Of a DNA stretch of 64,000 nt, positions 26,709-41,318 are shown piece by piece. The notes below the pieces were generated by a model. It was not told where the DNA came from and did no database searches. It saw only the letters and a list, made by a program, of their open reading frames with translations. Origin of the DNA: Chrysomallon squamiferum (Eukaryota; Animalia; Mollusca); assembly GCA_012295275.1 (NCBI GenBank), contig CM022671.1:16368001-16432000 (forward strand). Direction: 5' to 3'. The translations under genes and the position numbers were made by a program. Position 1 is the first letter of the stretch; each line of letters opens with the position of its first letter.

Positions 26709-28254
26709 AAAAATATTAAATCTATGTCTGGGAAAAAATAAAAGAAAAGAAAGAGTAGAAGCTGTATGTTTTCAAGAAATTATTAACCAAGCGACAAAGT
26801 ATGTTAAAGAGCTAAAGATGTGATTAAATGTATTAGAAACCTGAAACATTATCTTGACAATAGAATTTTTGTTTTTTATGAATCTCAAGACAGCCATAAA
26901 GATCTCTAATGATGTTTTAGAATACTAGCAGGAACTGAATGTGTGATACAGGAAACATTTCAGTGAAACATATAATACAGGAAACATTTTAATGGATTCT
27001 GAAAAAAAAACCCACCTCGTAATATAAACATTAATTGTCAATAATATCATAAGCCATAGTAAGGCTATTTTAAGACTGTCCCCTATGCTTTACAAATAAC
27101 TGAACTATATAATAGTTAGTAATTATAAATTGAGAATTAAATATAGGTTTATTTTTTCTACTTATTTCATTTTTAAAAAAAAATATATTTTTACATGTTG
27201 TATTTAATATTTAGCATCATATGTTAAAATGTGAAAATATATTTTGATAATGGTGTGTTTTTTTGAAAATGTAGTCAGATTTTTTTTTTAATTCAGTTTG
27301 ACTGAGATACTGATAGACTCATTTATTATTTAAAAACAGTTTATAAATTCAATCAAACCATAATTAGAAAAACATGTTTTGGGTTTCAATTTCAATTTTA
27401 AAAATTAATATCTAAAACATTAAACTTCATTTTAGCAAATGAAATTATTTGATTAATTTCTGTGTGGCTATCTCAAAAACAAATAAGTGTTGAATTAAAA
27501 AACCTTTACATTTTCATTCTATAATTTCGATTTACATTTTAAATTTCGATTTACATTTTAAATTTACATTTTTAATTTACATTTTAAATTTAATATGGAG
27601 GTTACTTTTTTTCTTTCTTACGGGGAAAACTTCACAGAGTTAACTGATACCATTCGTTAACAGGTACAATTACTAAGTTTCTAACTCAGTAACGAGTGAG
27701 TGTTGAAGCCGAGTGTATACTTCCACTGAGCTAATCAAGCCTGTACTGACAGACACCAGACAGGTGCTGAGAGATACCAGCCACTCTTCTGTGTGTGTCC
27801 CGGCACTGAAACTCTTTTACTGTTGTTGTCGACACAACAACATCAGTATCAGCATCAGCAGTGACGGCAGCCGCATGTACTGCCGTTAGCTACAGCTGTA
27901 AAAATATCTACCTGACAATTTTATTGCACAGACTGCATTATATTAGGTTAAATGGGCTCAGAAAAGAGCAGGAACCCGGTGATTTCAGAGCTGGCTGATT
28001 TACTTCTTCGGCCCGTTTGTTCAGTTATCTGCTGGTCAGTTTTTGGAGGCTTGCGGAACAGATGTTGTTTAGATTAAAAATTAAGCTAACTCTCAACACG
28101 GAAAGCACTGGCCAGAAACACATTATTTAAGCTCTTAGTGTTTTCTTATAATTATCTGCTTACAGTTTTACAAGCCAGCCAGTGTCCCGTGACTTGTCTG
28201 CCGAACGTTTGCGGTTTGTAAGTTCCTGTCAGTTCAGTCTTATACTGTTTGTAT

Positions 28255-28410
28255 ACATGTTTACATACATACACAGACACACTACATACCTATACAAACA
28301 CACATACTACATAAATATACATACAAACATACATACATACATATATACATATATATATATACACACACACACATACATTCATGCATACATACATACATAC
28401 ATATACACAA
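28255..28410. repeat. (TACA)/(CA)/(TA) low-complexity tract
   Basis: Degenerate ACAT repeats. Confidence 0.85.
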
Positions 28411-28659
28411 TATTGTATCTGATTACAAATTTATTACACAAAATAACAAATGCAGATAGCAAATGGAGGACAGTTTTAAGTTGGCAAATAAAGAAAAACA
28501 AAATCTCTTTTTGTGTGGGTAAAACAGTCATGTTTGTACACAGCATAGACCTGTGTAACAAATGTCTGAAAAACTTTATGCTTCTCTTGCAGACAGACAG
28601 ACAGACACACACACACACACATATTTTGTTACATGCATGTTGTAATATGTTTACATATA

Positions 28660-28865
28660 ATAGATATAATAATAATAATCATAATAAATATAATGATAAT
28701 AATGATGATGATGATAATAATAATAATAAATATAATGATAATGTTGATTGTAATGATAATAATAATGATAATACTAGTAGTAATAGTTATAATAATGAGG
28801 ATGGTAATAATAATACAAATAGCAACGACAACAATTACAACAATAACAACAACAATAATAATAAA
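28660..28865. repeat. Degenerate (AAT/GAT/AAC)n triplet tract
   Basis: In-phase degenerate triplets; source of the Asn-rich and Ile-rich ORFs. Confidence 0.9.
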
Positions 28866-31269
28866 TCTTACATGACATAAAAAACATTAAAAAAAACCCA
28901 AAACATCACACACTAAGTTTGCAATTACACAATTTACCTGTGAAAATGGAGTAGAAAACACACAGAGAGAGGTAGCTGTCTTTTCACATGTTTAAACCTC
29001 CAGTCTGCAGAGTTACCAAGAACACTTCAAAGTGATGCCATCTCCCAAGTTCAGAGTCCCTAGCAACATAAAATATTTGGATCCGCAACATAAACAACGT
29101 TCCCAAAACATCCTGTCCATTATAACTCAAACATTTAGAGAAAACCTTTCAGAACATATGTTCTAAGAAAATAAACTATTTGATGTACTTCAAACAATGT
29201 AGGTCTGAGCAATGATCAGAACTGCAGGGCTTATTAATAAATAAAATTAATTCATTTTTGGCTGCTGTTATGTAAGGTTTTAGTTTAATGTGAAATATAT
29301 AGCCTACCATAAGTTTATTTTGTTTTTAACTTAGGCTTAAAAGTCTTTGAATAACAGTAATAGTGTGATGGTTAATGTTGATATAGTAGTAATTATTAGT
29401 GACATTACTAGTAGTAGAAGTGATGGTTTTAGTTGTAGTAGTAGTAGTAGTAGTGATAGTAGTAGTTGTCGTTGTAATTACAGAAGGACTTATTTCTGAA
29501 ATTTCCTAATACTTTACATATTATGAGAGATTGCATTTGAGATACCCATCTGGCTGTTAATGTAGTTCAGTAAGTTTTTAGTAGTAAGTAAAAATAATAG
29601 TAAATTATTTTGTTTGAAAATTTTTTTAAATTTATATATATATATATATTTCTAATCCCCTTACTATTTTCAAAATGCAAAGACATGAAAATAAGAAAAA
29701 CAACAAAACCTCTAATCTGTGAGATAATGAAAAGCAGGATTCCACTTGTTGTATTTGTACAAGCAGTGATATCACAGTGACAGAAATAGGTCAGATGATG
29801 TTTTCCTGTAATTGAAATGCATATCTTTATGATGCGGCTAAAGTAAAGAAAAAAAAAAACCACACAGAGATAGAAAACTTAGTCAATAATTCAGATACTG
29901 AGTCACACAGAAGTCTGATAGCCTTCAGACTGCAGAAAGTTGTTGCGTACTTCCTCTCCACATCAACATGGATCGCAAGCTTTCATGTGGTGCTCATTTC
30001 TTAGTTGTTGGTTTTTTTTTAATCCTCCAAAATCTTCTGTTGCCTGCAGTAATCATAATTTTATTTCCTCTAACTGTCACTTTGCTTGCACGTACAGCCC
30101 AGTCATGCATTCTGATTGAGAAATGGGTTTCAGATCTCGCTGGGTGTAAATTTCTTTTGGTCAAACCGAGATACTCCATTCACGCTAACACGTTTATAAG
30201 TGGTGTGAGTGTCAAGTCGGTGCCACTGAACTGTAATAGTTAATTAATTCTCTACTCGCATGTCCGCTACATCAATTTTTTTTTTTTTTTTATTATAATA
30301 ATTTAGTCTTTTTTTCTTTACATGAGAACACTCATTAAATTTTTTAATTTTTTTTTTTTTTTTTTTTTAATATCATATTTTGTCATAATGATGATGATGC
30401 ATTCATTTTTATAGAATCTTGGATTGTTTCCTGAAAGCTCTAGCAACATTTACTAGAAATTCTTCTACTTTGAAAACTTAACTTTTGGGGATTTTATTGT
30501 TTTTGTTGTTGTTGTTGTTTCTGCCTTTTTTTTTTTTTTTTTTTTTTTTTTGTTTGTTCCTTTCTTTTTTTCTTCAATTATTTTTCTTCTTTTTAATTTA
30601 ATTTTGTTAAATTTTTACACGATAAATGAAGTTTATTACTATTTTATTTATTGTCAATGTACAACACCAGATAATATGCAACTATACAGTCACTGTCAAG
30701 AACCAAATATAACTGATACTGAAATACAATGAGACACAGAGCAGAGCAAAAACAAACTGATGAATGTAGTCCATTCTAAGGTCATCTCCCTCAATGTGTA
30801 AAGAACTTGTGTTTTCATTTGCTCACTACAGTTTCAGGAAATGTGAAATAAATATCATTAGTTGTTGATGTCTTTGCTGGAGACATTTAATCAGTTTGGA
30901 TACTATATATATATTACTTGTTGAGATGATCAGAGGTGATTTGATAGCAAGGAGATGTTGGAAGTGGCATGTTTTAGAAATCTTCTCACAGATCTTATTA
31001 CTGTGGATGATCGGTGTCCGGTTTTATTTTGCAATAACAGTTGTTTGATATGAAGATTAGTAAATCTTACATAATTCTCTCACACTCTGTCTCTTTCTCT
31101 TTAATTCTATCTCTCTCTCTCTCACTCTCTCAGTTTCACTCTATTTTTTTCTTTCTTTTGCTCACAGTCTTTCTCTAACTATATTTCTCTCTCTCTCAGT
31201 ATGTCTGTCTGTCTTTGTGTATACATTTGCAGTAATAGAGAAAAATAATGTGCATGAAAAAGAAAGAAG

Positions 31270-31315
<46 letters not shown>

Positions 31316-33016
31316 AAAAAGAGAGAGAGAGAGAGAGAATCAGCTTGTTTTTAGTGTCTATTATGAGAATTAAGTTCCTATTCATAAAAAATTTTGATTG
31401 CAAAAAATACACAGAATTCTCATATGAATGTATTGAATTATAAATATTTTTGTCAGTTCAAGTAAAATGAAGGATCTCCTGACCAAACCTACAACTGCCT
31501 TTCTAATCAGTGATGTAAATTAATCTCACAAATGATAATATTTATCTGTGATGTATCACTAAGTGAGAAATCCAGACAGGTGTCACCACAAATGTGAAAT
31601 AATTATACAAATCACTTTTCTCCAGTAACAATTATTATTATTAAATTATTACTGCAAATATTATGTCTTTTTTTTCTTTTTTTTTTTTTCACATTCTAAT
31701 ACCTCCAGTTACAAAAACTCCCAGCTTGCCTTTATAATCTGCTGTGATATAAAATGAATCAAGTTATATGATTAACAAATTGTTTTATCAGTGACAGAAT
31801 GTTAAAAAGATTAGACTTACATTTGCTCTCTAAAAGAAATTTAGAACTTAATATTTTACTTTTTTATTGTTTTTATTTTTTGTTTTTGTTTTATAACCTC
31901 AGGTTTATTTCTAATCTTTAAGACATTAAAATTAAAAATGATGTTGCTAAAAGCTTCCCAATATATATCTATGCATGGAATGTTAATGTACAGAAACATT
32001 AATTATAAAAATCTGTATAATGAACCAAAGAAGAAATAAAATGCTTTAGTCCAAATATTTATTTATTATTTAATAATTAAAAATAAAATGTATGAATTAT
32101 TAACATTTACAAGCAACTGGAAAAAATGACTCAAAATTCAAATTCGTATTAGTTAATCAATACATTTTAAAATGGTAATTACATGTATTTTATGTCAATT
32201 TAAATAATAAAAGTTTATATATTTTTTTGGATATATTGTATGGTTGTACTTATCTTAAAAAGTAATGTAAATTCTTCTTATTTCATTTTTATATTTTTTA
32301 GCATATTCAGCCATAATTAATTGAGTTCATTAATTGACAGAGGTAATGAAAATGTAATGCAATTGATTTTTAAAATATTTAAAAAAGAAGAAAATGAAGA
32401 GAAATAAAAAGCAACAAAGTGTTTCAAAAACATTTTAAAAAGAAGAAAATAAAATAAAATAAAAAGCTACAAAAGTTTTTAAAAACTAATTTGAAAAAAT
32501 AATAATAATACTTTTTTATATTGCAAGGCAGAATGTTTATTAGTATTATTATTTTCTTTGTTATGATGGATTGCATTTTAATATTTTTAGAAAAACTAAA
32601 AATTCAAAAAAATAAAATAAAATAAAATTCATAGTACATTTCTGAATGTATTGAATGGCACAATCAAAAGCAAAAAGAGGCCCATCATTATCGCAGAAAT
32701 ATAACTTTCGAGATAAATGAATTTAAAAGAAATGTTATGGATGTAAAAAGGATTTTAATAACTGCTATTGTATTCCTGTATCGATTCACCAGCTCAACAA
32801 CCCCATTATGTTTCAAAAATGAAAAGTTTGTTCGAGACCTTTCAAAAGTCAAAGAGGTGAACGATGAGTCATTTCAGTCTAGAGAAACAGAATAAATTCA
32901 TCAGTTCAAGAATTAAAAACCTACAGGGAGACAGCGCTGTGTGCTTTGAAGAAGTGCTGTCACATGACCTCACTTGACGTGGAGGTAATCCCGGAGAGAC
33001 GGACACGCAGACTTAC

Positions 33017-33181
33017 AGACCCCGGCAGTAATACGTAGCACGCCAGGGACGCTGGTTTCACCAACTCCCGCAACACCGCGGTGCTAATTGCGTAGAGCAA
33101 CGACACTGATCGAATCAGTCGCAGATTACTTAGAATGAAGCACTTCATAAACTGCTGTTTTAACCTCGTTATGCAGATGAG
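33017..33181 (-). other. Candidate exon or regulatory island (CpG-rich patch ~32930-33220)
   Basis: Minus strand: tgttcctactttcacag|CTCATC...GGGTCT|gtaagt, 165 nt and open in frame 0; alternative acceptor at 33198. Translation not recognised. Confidence 0.3.
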
Positions 33182-34852
33182 CTGTGAAAGTAGGAACACT
33201 GCAGTAACAGACGCTAACTAACAAACTCCTGTATTTCACTGACTGGCTCATTTACACACTCATCTAAATCTAAAAACCAGTCTAAACTCTTTACTGGAGA
33301 AGAAAAAAAAAGTTTTGGGGAAGGCATACCAAATGAATGCTTTCATTATTTTCAAATGAATGCATTTTTTTTCCTTCTTCTTCTTCTTTGTAATTAAAAC
33401 TCACTTCTTCTTGGAAATTTAGCATTCAGAGTTACAGAACTGGACCTGAAGTTCAGTGTTATCAGAAAATTTCCTTTCAAAGAGTGAATACATACGTCAT
33501 GATGTTAGATGCCCAAATCACTGAACAGTATCTAATAGATGACATAATTATTTATTGGTTTTATTTATTCAGTGAAATTGGTGGTCTGAACACCTCAAAT
33601 AAAATACAACAACAACAACAACAATAATAATAATAATAGTATGAGTAGTAATAGTTCTATTAGTAAATAAATAATATCAATTACATGCTGTTAATTATTA
33701 AATTCTTTAAAACATCATCTTCTAATTAACAAATTATTTTATTTATTGAAAGAAAAGTTAAACATCCAGTACAGTCAATGAATGGTCTTTACCAAAAAAA
33801 CCCTCAAAACCCCACTAAGTACCTTTTGTTCATTAAATTGTAATAATTAATTAAATTATTATTTTTTAAATATCAGCTTCTGTTAAAGCAAGTTTAATAT
33901 AACAAAGGTGGAGGCGAGCATTTTAGAATTTAAAAGTTTAATGATTACACAATTAACTTCTGGACCACCTGTAAGTGAGTGAAAGAAAGTGAATTTATGA
34001 AATGTGATATTTTACTGATAAAATGTTTTTAAAAATTGTGCTCATATTCTCTGCTGTAGGTGAAATTCATGATAAGAGACATTTGGCGAAATGTTTCCCC
34101 GACATTTTAACTGGTATACTCAATAACAAAAGAAAGAAGGCCAAACTTTAAGTCTGATAAATATGAATTATTCAAAAAAATATGTTTCTGAATTTGATAA
34201 ATAAAGCAGCTCATGTTTATAAAAAAAAAGAAGATTGGTATAAAGTGAAAAATGACATAAGCTCTTTATTTACAAAATTGTTGAAAGGATTTCATAATTT
34301 TAATACATTTCTTTACTAATAACAAAGTTTCAGTTTGGTAGAGTTTCTTTTGTCTGTGTGTATATAATCATTTTTTGAAACATATTCATTTTCACTTGAT
34401 ATTACTCATAGAGTCCAAACAACATAATATTCTTTACAACACTGAACTAAATCTATCTTATGACAAACAAACAAACAAACACATTTGTCATTTTTATCAT
34501 TTAAAAGGAAGAAATTAATATGAAAAATGTGATCAGAAAGAGAAATCAATTAATTTTGTAATTTCAGTCTGCTAATAAAATACAGTGTGAATTTAAAAAA
34601 AAAAAAAAAAGAATTATTATCATTATTTTTATGTATTTATTTATTTATTTTCATTTTTTTCATTTTTTTTTATTTCTCACATGATTTTCACGTGTATTTG
34701 TTCATGTGTTATTATGCATGATGTATGAGTGGCAGAGGAGAAGCTTTCAAATTAATAACATGAGATTTACTGTCATAGACTTGTGTTGCCTACATTTCAC
34801 AGCATAACTGAACTGTAGGCTTAACTTGCAAAATGATATTTGTTTGTGTGTC

Positions 34853-34856
<4 letters not shown>

Positions 34857-34905
<49 letters not shown>
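34857..34905. repeat. (TG)n microsatellite
   Basis: Direct run. Confidence 0.95.
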
Positions 34906-34907
<2 letters not shown>

Positions 34908-35323
34908 TTCTTGTGTAATTGTATTTGTCTATGTTTTACACACATGCGAGTGTTTTCTCTCACTGAGGAGTGACTATGGAGGGTGTATGTGTCTGAGTGC
35001 ATGTTTTAGACTATGTCTTTGAGTGTATTTGTGTGTGTGTGTGTCTGTGAGTGTCTATGTCTATGTAAATTAAGTATGAATGGGTTGGCTGCCAACAGTA
35101 AAAATAAAGTGTTTACTGATAACAGTTTTCAGTTTTTAAGGATGTGAGACAAGCGCAGTGTGTTTTGTTTTATCTCAGTGAAACATGTGTTTTGTGGCAG
35201 CAAGTTCAGGTAGAGCTGATCTCCAGCAGCTTTTATCTTTCTGATTTGTAAAGTAATCTGATGACTCTTATCTATGGTGTATCTGCCAAATTAGTAGTGC
35301 TAAATCTAGACAGGTGTCACCAT

Positions 35324-35720
35324 AAAAATAAACAGACAGATTTTACATATTCATTTCTTAATATCAAACGATGATTATGGTTATCGCTGGTATTTACAAT
35401 CAATCTTGGGATACATGTGTTTTATTTTCAAGAATATGAAAAGAAAAATGATGCCAAAAATAAACAGATGGATTATACATATTCGTTATTTTCATTTCTT
35501 GTGGACAGTTATTGCTATCATTGAAATTTACAATCAACCTTGTGATACATGTGTTTCATTTTTCAAGAATATGAAAAGAAAAATGATGCCAAAAATAATT
35601 GGAAAGATTATACATATTCGTTATTTTCATATTTAAGGACAATTATTGCTGTCATTAAAATTTACATCAGTATGGTAATATGTTCGTTTTGTTTTCAAGA
35701 CTGTAATTAAAGAATAATGA
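35324..35720. repeat. Tandem repeat, ~132-135 bp unit, ~3 copies
   Basis: Units start at ~35324, 35456 and 35591 (AAAAATAA..GATT.TACATATTC). TTTTCAAGAATATGAAAAGAAAAATGATGCCAAAAATAA is exact in two copies. Confidence 0.9.
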
Positions 35721-35983
35721 TACTTTATCCTTAATGGAGAGATTTGTTATAATTGTTTGACTATGAATATGTTAATTATAATAATTATTTCATCATCAGG
35801 CTTTGTGTAATCTGGTATGCCCATCTGTTCAACCATTCACCTAGTCCTAGGTATTCGTTCATTCATTACAGGACTGCAGGGTTTTACAAGATAACAGAAC
35901 TTATAGCCATATTAATATTCTCTATTGATGTCTGTCACTTGGTCTGATAATGAATGTCTATAATTATCTAAACACACACAGAC

Positions 35984-36014
<31 letters not shown>

Positions 36015-36044
36015 TGTATGTATGTGTATTGTGTGTGTGTGTAC

Positions 36045-36077
<33 letters not shown>

Positions 36078-36743
36078 ATAAGTATATGTATATACACACA
36101 TACACACATGAATATATATAATTATATATGTATATGTGTATGTGTGCAATTGTGTTGACAGCAAATAAAAATAATGAAATATTTTTTATTAAAATAAATA
36201 CTTCCGTGATCCAAGTAAAATCATTTGATAACAAACATATACATGTATATATATATATATATTATATACACACACATAAAATATTAACATAATAATTACT
36301 AGAAGGCTAGTCTTTGTATGTTTTATAACTGATGCAGCATGAAGAAATTGTGGATATACACAAGACTCTGACACATAGCACACTCTAAAAACACAACAAC
36401 GTGATTACACTGACAGCTAGAAAACTACTTACAGCGGACTAAAACCCGAAGAAGAAGATTTCTAGATTTCAACAACAATCCCTGACAGTGTTAGCGGCAG
36501 AGAGGTAAATTCCTGCTTTTAGCCTCTGGAGAGTGGCGCTTGCTTGATTGGACAGACTTAGTGATGGAACTATTTCTTTCTTTATATTCCTGTGGCCATT
36601 CAGGGACTCATCAACTTGGCAAGTAGCTCTGTGTCTTAGTTAAAGATCTGATCATTGATGAAGAAACTTTATATGTCAGTAGACGAGCCAAACATCTCTG
36701 TGTCAATGGTGATGTGAAATAGCTACCTGTGTTACTGTAACTG

Positions 36744-36807
<64 letters not shown>

Positions 36808-37126
36808 TTAGGCTTCTTAATCTATCAGAGGTATATTTATATATATTTAGAAAAAAATCTATAAGTTTTAAAAGGTAAATTTTGTATTAATACATACACA
36901 CACATACATATATATTATTGTAAGCTTATTATAGTAATATATTTAAATATATTTCATTATATTTCCTAACCATAGAATGACACTCAGTAATAGATAATTA
37001 TTTTGTATTGAGCAGTCATAAAACAAAAAACAACTGAGAAATTCGTTTGACTGTCTGTAAACTATCAGTGAAAAAATTTAAATATTTAAATTAATTTGTT
37101 TACAAAACTTATTGTGTATGTATGCA

Positions 37127-37169
<43 letters not shown>

Positions 37170-37703
37170 ATGTATGTATGTATGGATGTTTTCATTGGAT
37201 GTATTAAAATCTCATGATTAATTGCTTTATCTAAACAGTACATCATAATGTACACATTTTAATTAGCTTCACCTCTAGTATGATAAAGCAGGTGACCCTA
37301 GTCTCCTGGTATCAGTGACACAGAATGATTTAGAACTGGAAGGTACAAAGATCAAATCTGCAAAGTGGAACGAGAGAGTAAAATTAGATGCACGTGGTAA
37401 AAATACATGCGATGGTTTCATTAGACATTTTAATAGATGAGTTTTAAATTGCTGGCACCTGTTAGTTAGGAAACATTAAAAAGTGGTTAATATTACATTT
37501 GAGAAAAAAAAATTAGAAACTTTAATGAATGTTTATCCAAAGACAAGCAAAAAAATTGGTGGCTGCTGTTTATTTATCTCATCCATCACATCATCTGCTT
37601 TTTTAATTACTGTTGTTGTTACAGTTCCTGGGTTGTTGCCTTACACTTTTTAAAATTTTCAGATTTAATCACATTATTATTATTATTTTATGTTAGACAC
37701 TTC

Positions 37704-37757
<54 letters not shown>

Positions 37758-38022
37758 TTAGGTACTTAAAATTATGTTTTCTACATATTAATTAATATAT
37801 TTATTTATTTCTTAATGCAGTTTTGCTCTGATGTTTTCTATATATGAATTAAGATTATTTCTTCTTTTGAAATGATAAGTTCAGTTGTTTTAATTCCACA
37901 TAGAGATGTACAGAATTTCATTTACTGTATGTCTTTATGTGTTTTATTTATTTAGATTTTAAAAGCAAAATGTTTATGACACTATCGATATAGTCATAAC
38001 TACCACCCTGCACTATTGGTTA

Positions 38023-38069
<47 letters not shown>

Positions 38070-41000
38070 GTATATAAACTGAAGAAAAAAAAGCTAATAT
38101 AAGATAAATGTTCCACAAAGACTGCATTAGGTTTATTCTTAGTTCATTTAGACCCCATTACTCGATTGCCAAAAACTCACCAGTGCTTTTTTTCCCCTGA
38201 TTTATGTAGAAAAAATTATTTCATTACTTGATTATATAATATTTATTTTTAAACACGTTAACAAACAAGACTGGTGTAACATTAAGAAGAGTTTCTGTAA
38301 TCTGAAATATGCAAGACTTATCTGCACTGTCAAAACAGACCTCCTCTGAAATACAACACAACCATCCTATCAATTATACATTTTTATACAAATTGTGGTA
38401 ATCACAGTTATTTTCAAATTCCACTTATCAGTTTCCGTGTTACCATCTTACCATCTCTGTTAGTTGAAATAGTAGCAGTTTGCATGGGAAATTTAGATCT
38501 TTCGAATCTTTTATAAGAAAAATATGGCTAGTGTCACTGGTTACTGGTTCAAAACGTTTAATAAATTACTTTGTTGTTGTTTATCACTTATATTTTCATA
38601 CGTGTATCAAGAACATGAGCGTGAAAATTCTCTCCTTGGTCTGAATGTAAATTAGTGGATATGTTTGAGTGTGTGTGTGTGAGTGAGTGTGTGTGTATGT
38701 GTGTGATTATTGATTTTTCTCCATCTTGCTATTTGTGTAACTGATTCTGAACATGTAACCAATACCATGAGGCAATGGTCACTGCTGTCTATGGGTAGGT
38801 GCATACAGTCAATTAAAAAAAAGATTAGCTTACTAGAGATTTTCCTCTTTCTTTACCTGCAATGTTCTTAAACATACACATTGAGCAACTCTGTTGAATG
38901 AATCATTACTGTAAGATTACTTCCTTCATCGCTAGGTGTGGTAGAGGGGTTTTTTTGTTTTTAACACTCCTCACAGAATGACATGGCATGCAGCTGTGAT
39001 TTCAGATTTCATAAGACAGTGTCAGGATCAGGCAAATTAGATTGTTAATTTACGTCTGCGATGCTGTAAAAATCACCACTGCGTTAATGAAAGCAGAGCC
39101 ACAGACCACACAGAACTGACTACAACAACTACTAGACTGAAAATACCAGAGGAAGTAAAAAAAAAAAAAATGATGCATGTATCTAATTTAATGCTAGTGA
39201 ATTCAGTTATATAGTCATCAATGTGAATGCATACAACACCTGGCTTTGTGTTCAGATGCTAAAGACAACATGTTTTTTTCACTGTGTAAGTTTTGTTTTC
39301 ACCCAAAAGCAATAATATAGCCATTTCCTGTTTCTTGTGCTTGAATGGAGCATAAATCAAACTTCTTCAAAGATTTATTGGTAGATAAAAAAAAGAAATC
39401 CGGGCTGTATTTACTGACTTTAATGTGCTGGAAATGTTTTTCAAAGTAACAGGCTCTTGCAGGCAGGCAGTCTTGTGTTCGGAGATCTGAATGAAAGCGT
39501 TGTGGCTCGTAGACAGTGAAAAAAACCCCACAAGAAACATGAAAAATTAAACATTTGGTTATATTGATGTGAATCTATTTCTCATGAAATTTTCAAGGAT
39601 GATGAAAAAAGGCAACAGAAACATAATAACAATAAAAATAAAATCTTAAATGTACACTAAAATGGCCTCCCCAGCATAATGTTAAAAAAAAAAAATAATA
39701 AAAAATAAAAAATTTAAAAATAATAATAATAAATAAAACTGAAATAAATTTCAAAATCAAAAAATATTAATAATAAATAAAAAAAAAACACAGAAATAAA
39801 ATGAAAATAAATAAATAAATAAAACAACAACATTATAAAATCTTCAAAGTAGGCTACAGTATTTATAAATTTCTTAAATGTCATTCTGTGTACAAATAAC
39901 TTTAAGCAGCAGCAGTAATAGTAGTAATCATCATCATCATCATCATCATCATTATTATGATTATTATTATCATCAGGATAATTATCAATTTAATTTAAAA
40001 CTTAAATTTTCTAGAGGCCTCTTTGATCATACAAATTATTTTTAATATCATTTCAATACCTCAACAATTAAAACTTTATCTTGGAATTTGGTTTTTAACT
40101 CAAAGACCTTTTTGAAATATTCACCAGCATAGAATCATTGTGAGTGCATTTCTGGAACTGGGTATGTGAACTAATGGATTTGTACTGTACAAGTCTTTGA
40201 TGTGTGGGACAGGTAAATGAGAAAATATAAATTGAACAGGTGATAAGAACTGAATTCATCATTTGTAAATTAGCTCTGCTGACTGATATGTTCTGGGAAC
40301 TGTTCTGTTATTTCTGCTGCTACTGAAGATAATAATAATGATAATAACAACAACAACAACAATAATAATAAATAATAATAATAATAAAAAGTGAAACAGC
40401 ATATACAAAATAATTCGAAAGATGAACAGATATATCATTTCAATAAAAAATAATACCACTGCTGTTAAAGATACAGCACCCAAAACAAAACTAATTTCAT
40501 AATAACATATATCCCCAAACAAAAACAAAAAAAAAAAAAAAAAGTTTTGGCCAGCAAAAAGTTAAATAGGTGAGAGCTTGCTGGCCTGGTCCCTATGGAC
40601 GCGTGTACGTTAATGAAAAATAATTAGAAACCTGCGTAGAGAAACGAAACTTCAATAAGCTTCTTTGCGATGAGAAAAGACACTGGGCGAGATAAGCACC
40701 GTTTTATTGTCTCTGTAGGCATTAAACTGGATGGGTATGTACACACTGAGACCCATCAATGGCAAACGAAAGCGCACATGGCCCTCCCAATCAGAAACGT
40801 CAGAGAACCGTTTGAAGACGACTGAAAACTCTTCGCTTGCTAAAAGCTTTTTGAACCTTCACGCTGGCTCCCGTCCAGCCAGCCACTGTGAGAGAAAGCA
40901 TTTATAGTTTACTAATAAACTGCTCAAAACGAGCCGTTGTATACAGTGCGTTTAAATATTGCGATAAGGGTTTCTAATGCGAAAAAATATTTAGTTTTTG

Positions 41001-41318
41001 AATGTTTGAGATACAAGCTGATTTAAAGCGATAATAACACGTATATAGTGGATGGAATTGCTGGGGTTTTTTTTGTTGTTTTTTTTTGTTTGAAGATTTA
41101 AATAAGTTGAAAGTTTAAAATTAACTCCAGGTGTAGAGATAGCAGATATCCAGTTTCTGATTTCTGTTTATCTGGGTTTTTTTTTTTGTTCTGTTTTATA
41201 ACTTTTCAAGAGAAAATAAATAAAATAAAATTAATTTCATACACACTCAAGAGCGCGCGCGCGCATATTTACGAACACTTGTATACACAAACATATTTAA
41301 TTCTTCTAAGAAATTTAC

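Noticed and set aside
28182-28880. 232-aa ORF
   Set aside because: Stitched from (TACA)n and (AAT)n tracts, with a GTG start and no domain.
29968-30243. 91-aa hydrophobic ORF (MDRKLSCGAHFLVV...)
   Set aside because: Hydrophobicity follows from T-rich sequence; no recognisable family or supported exon structure. Not strictly excluded.
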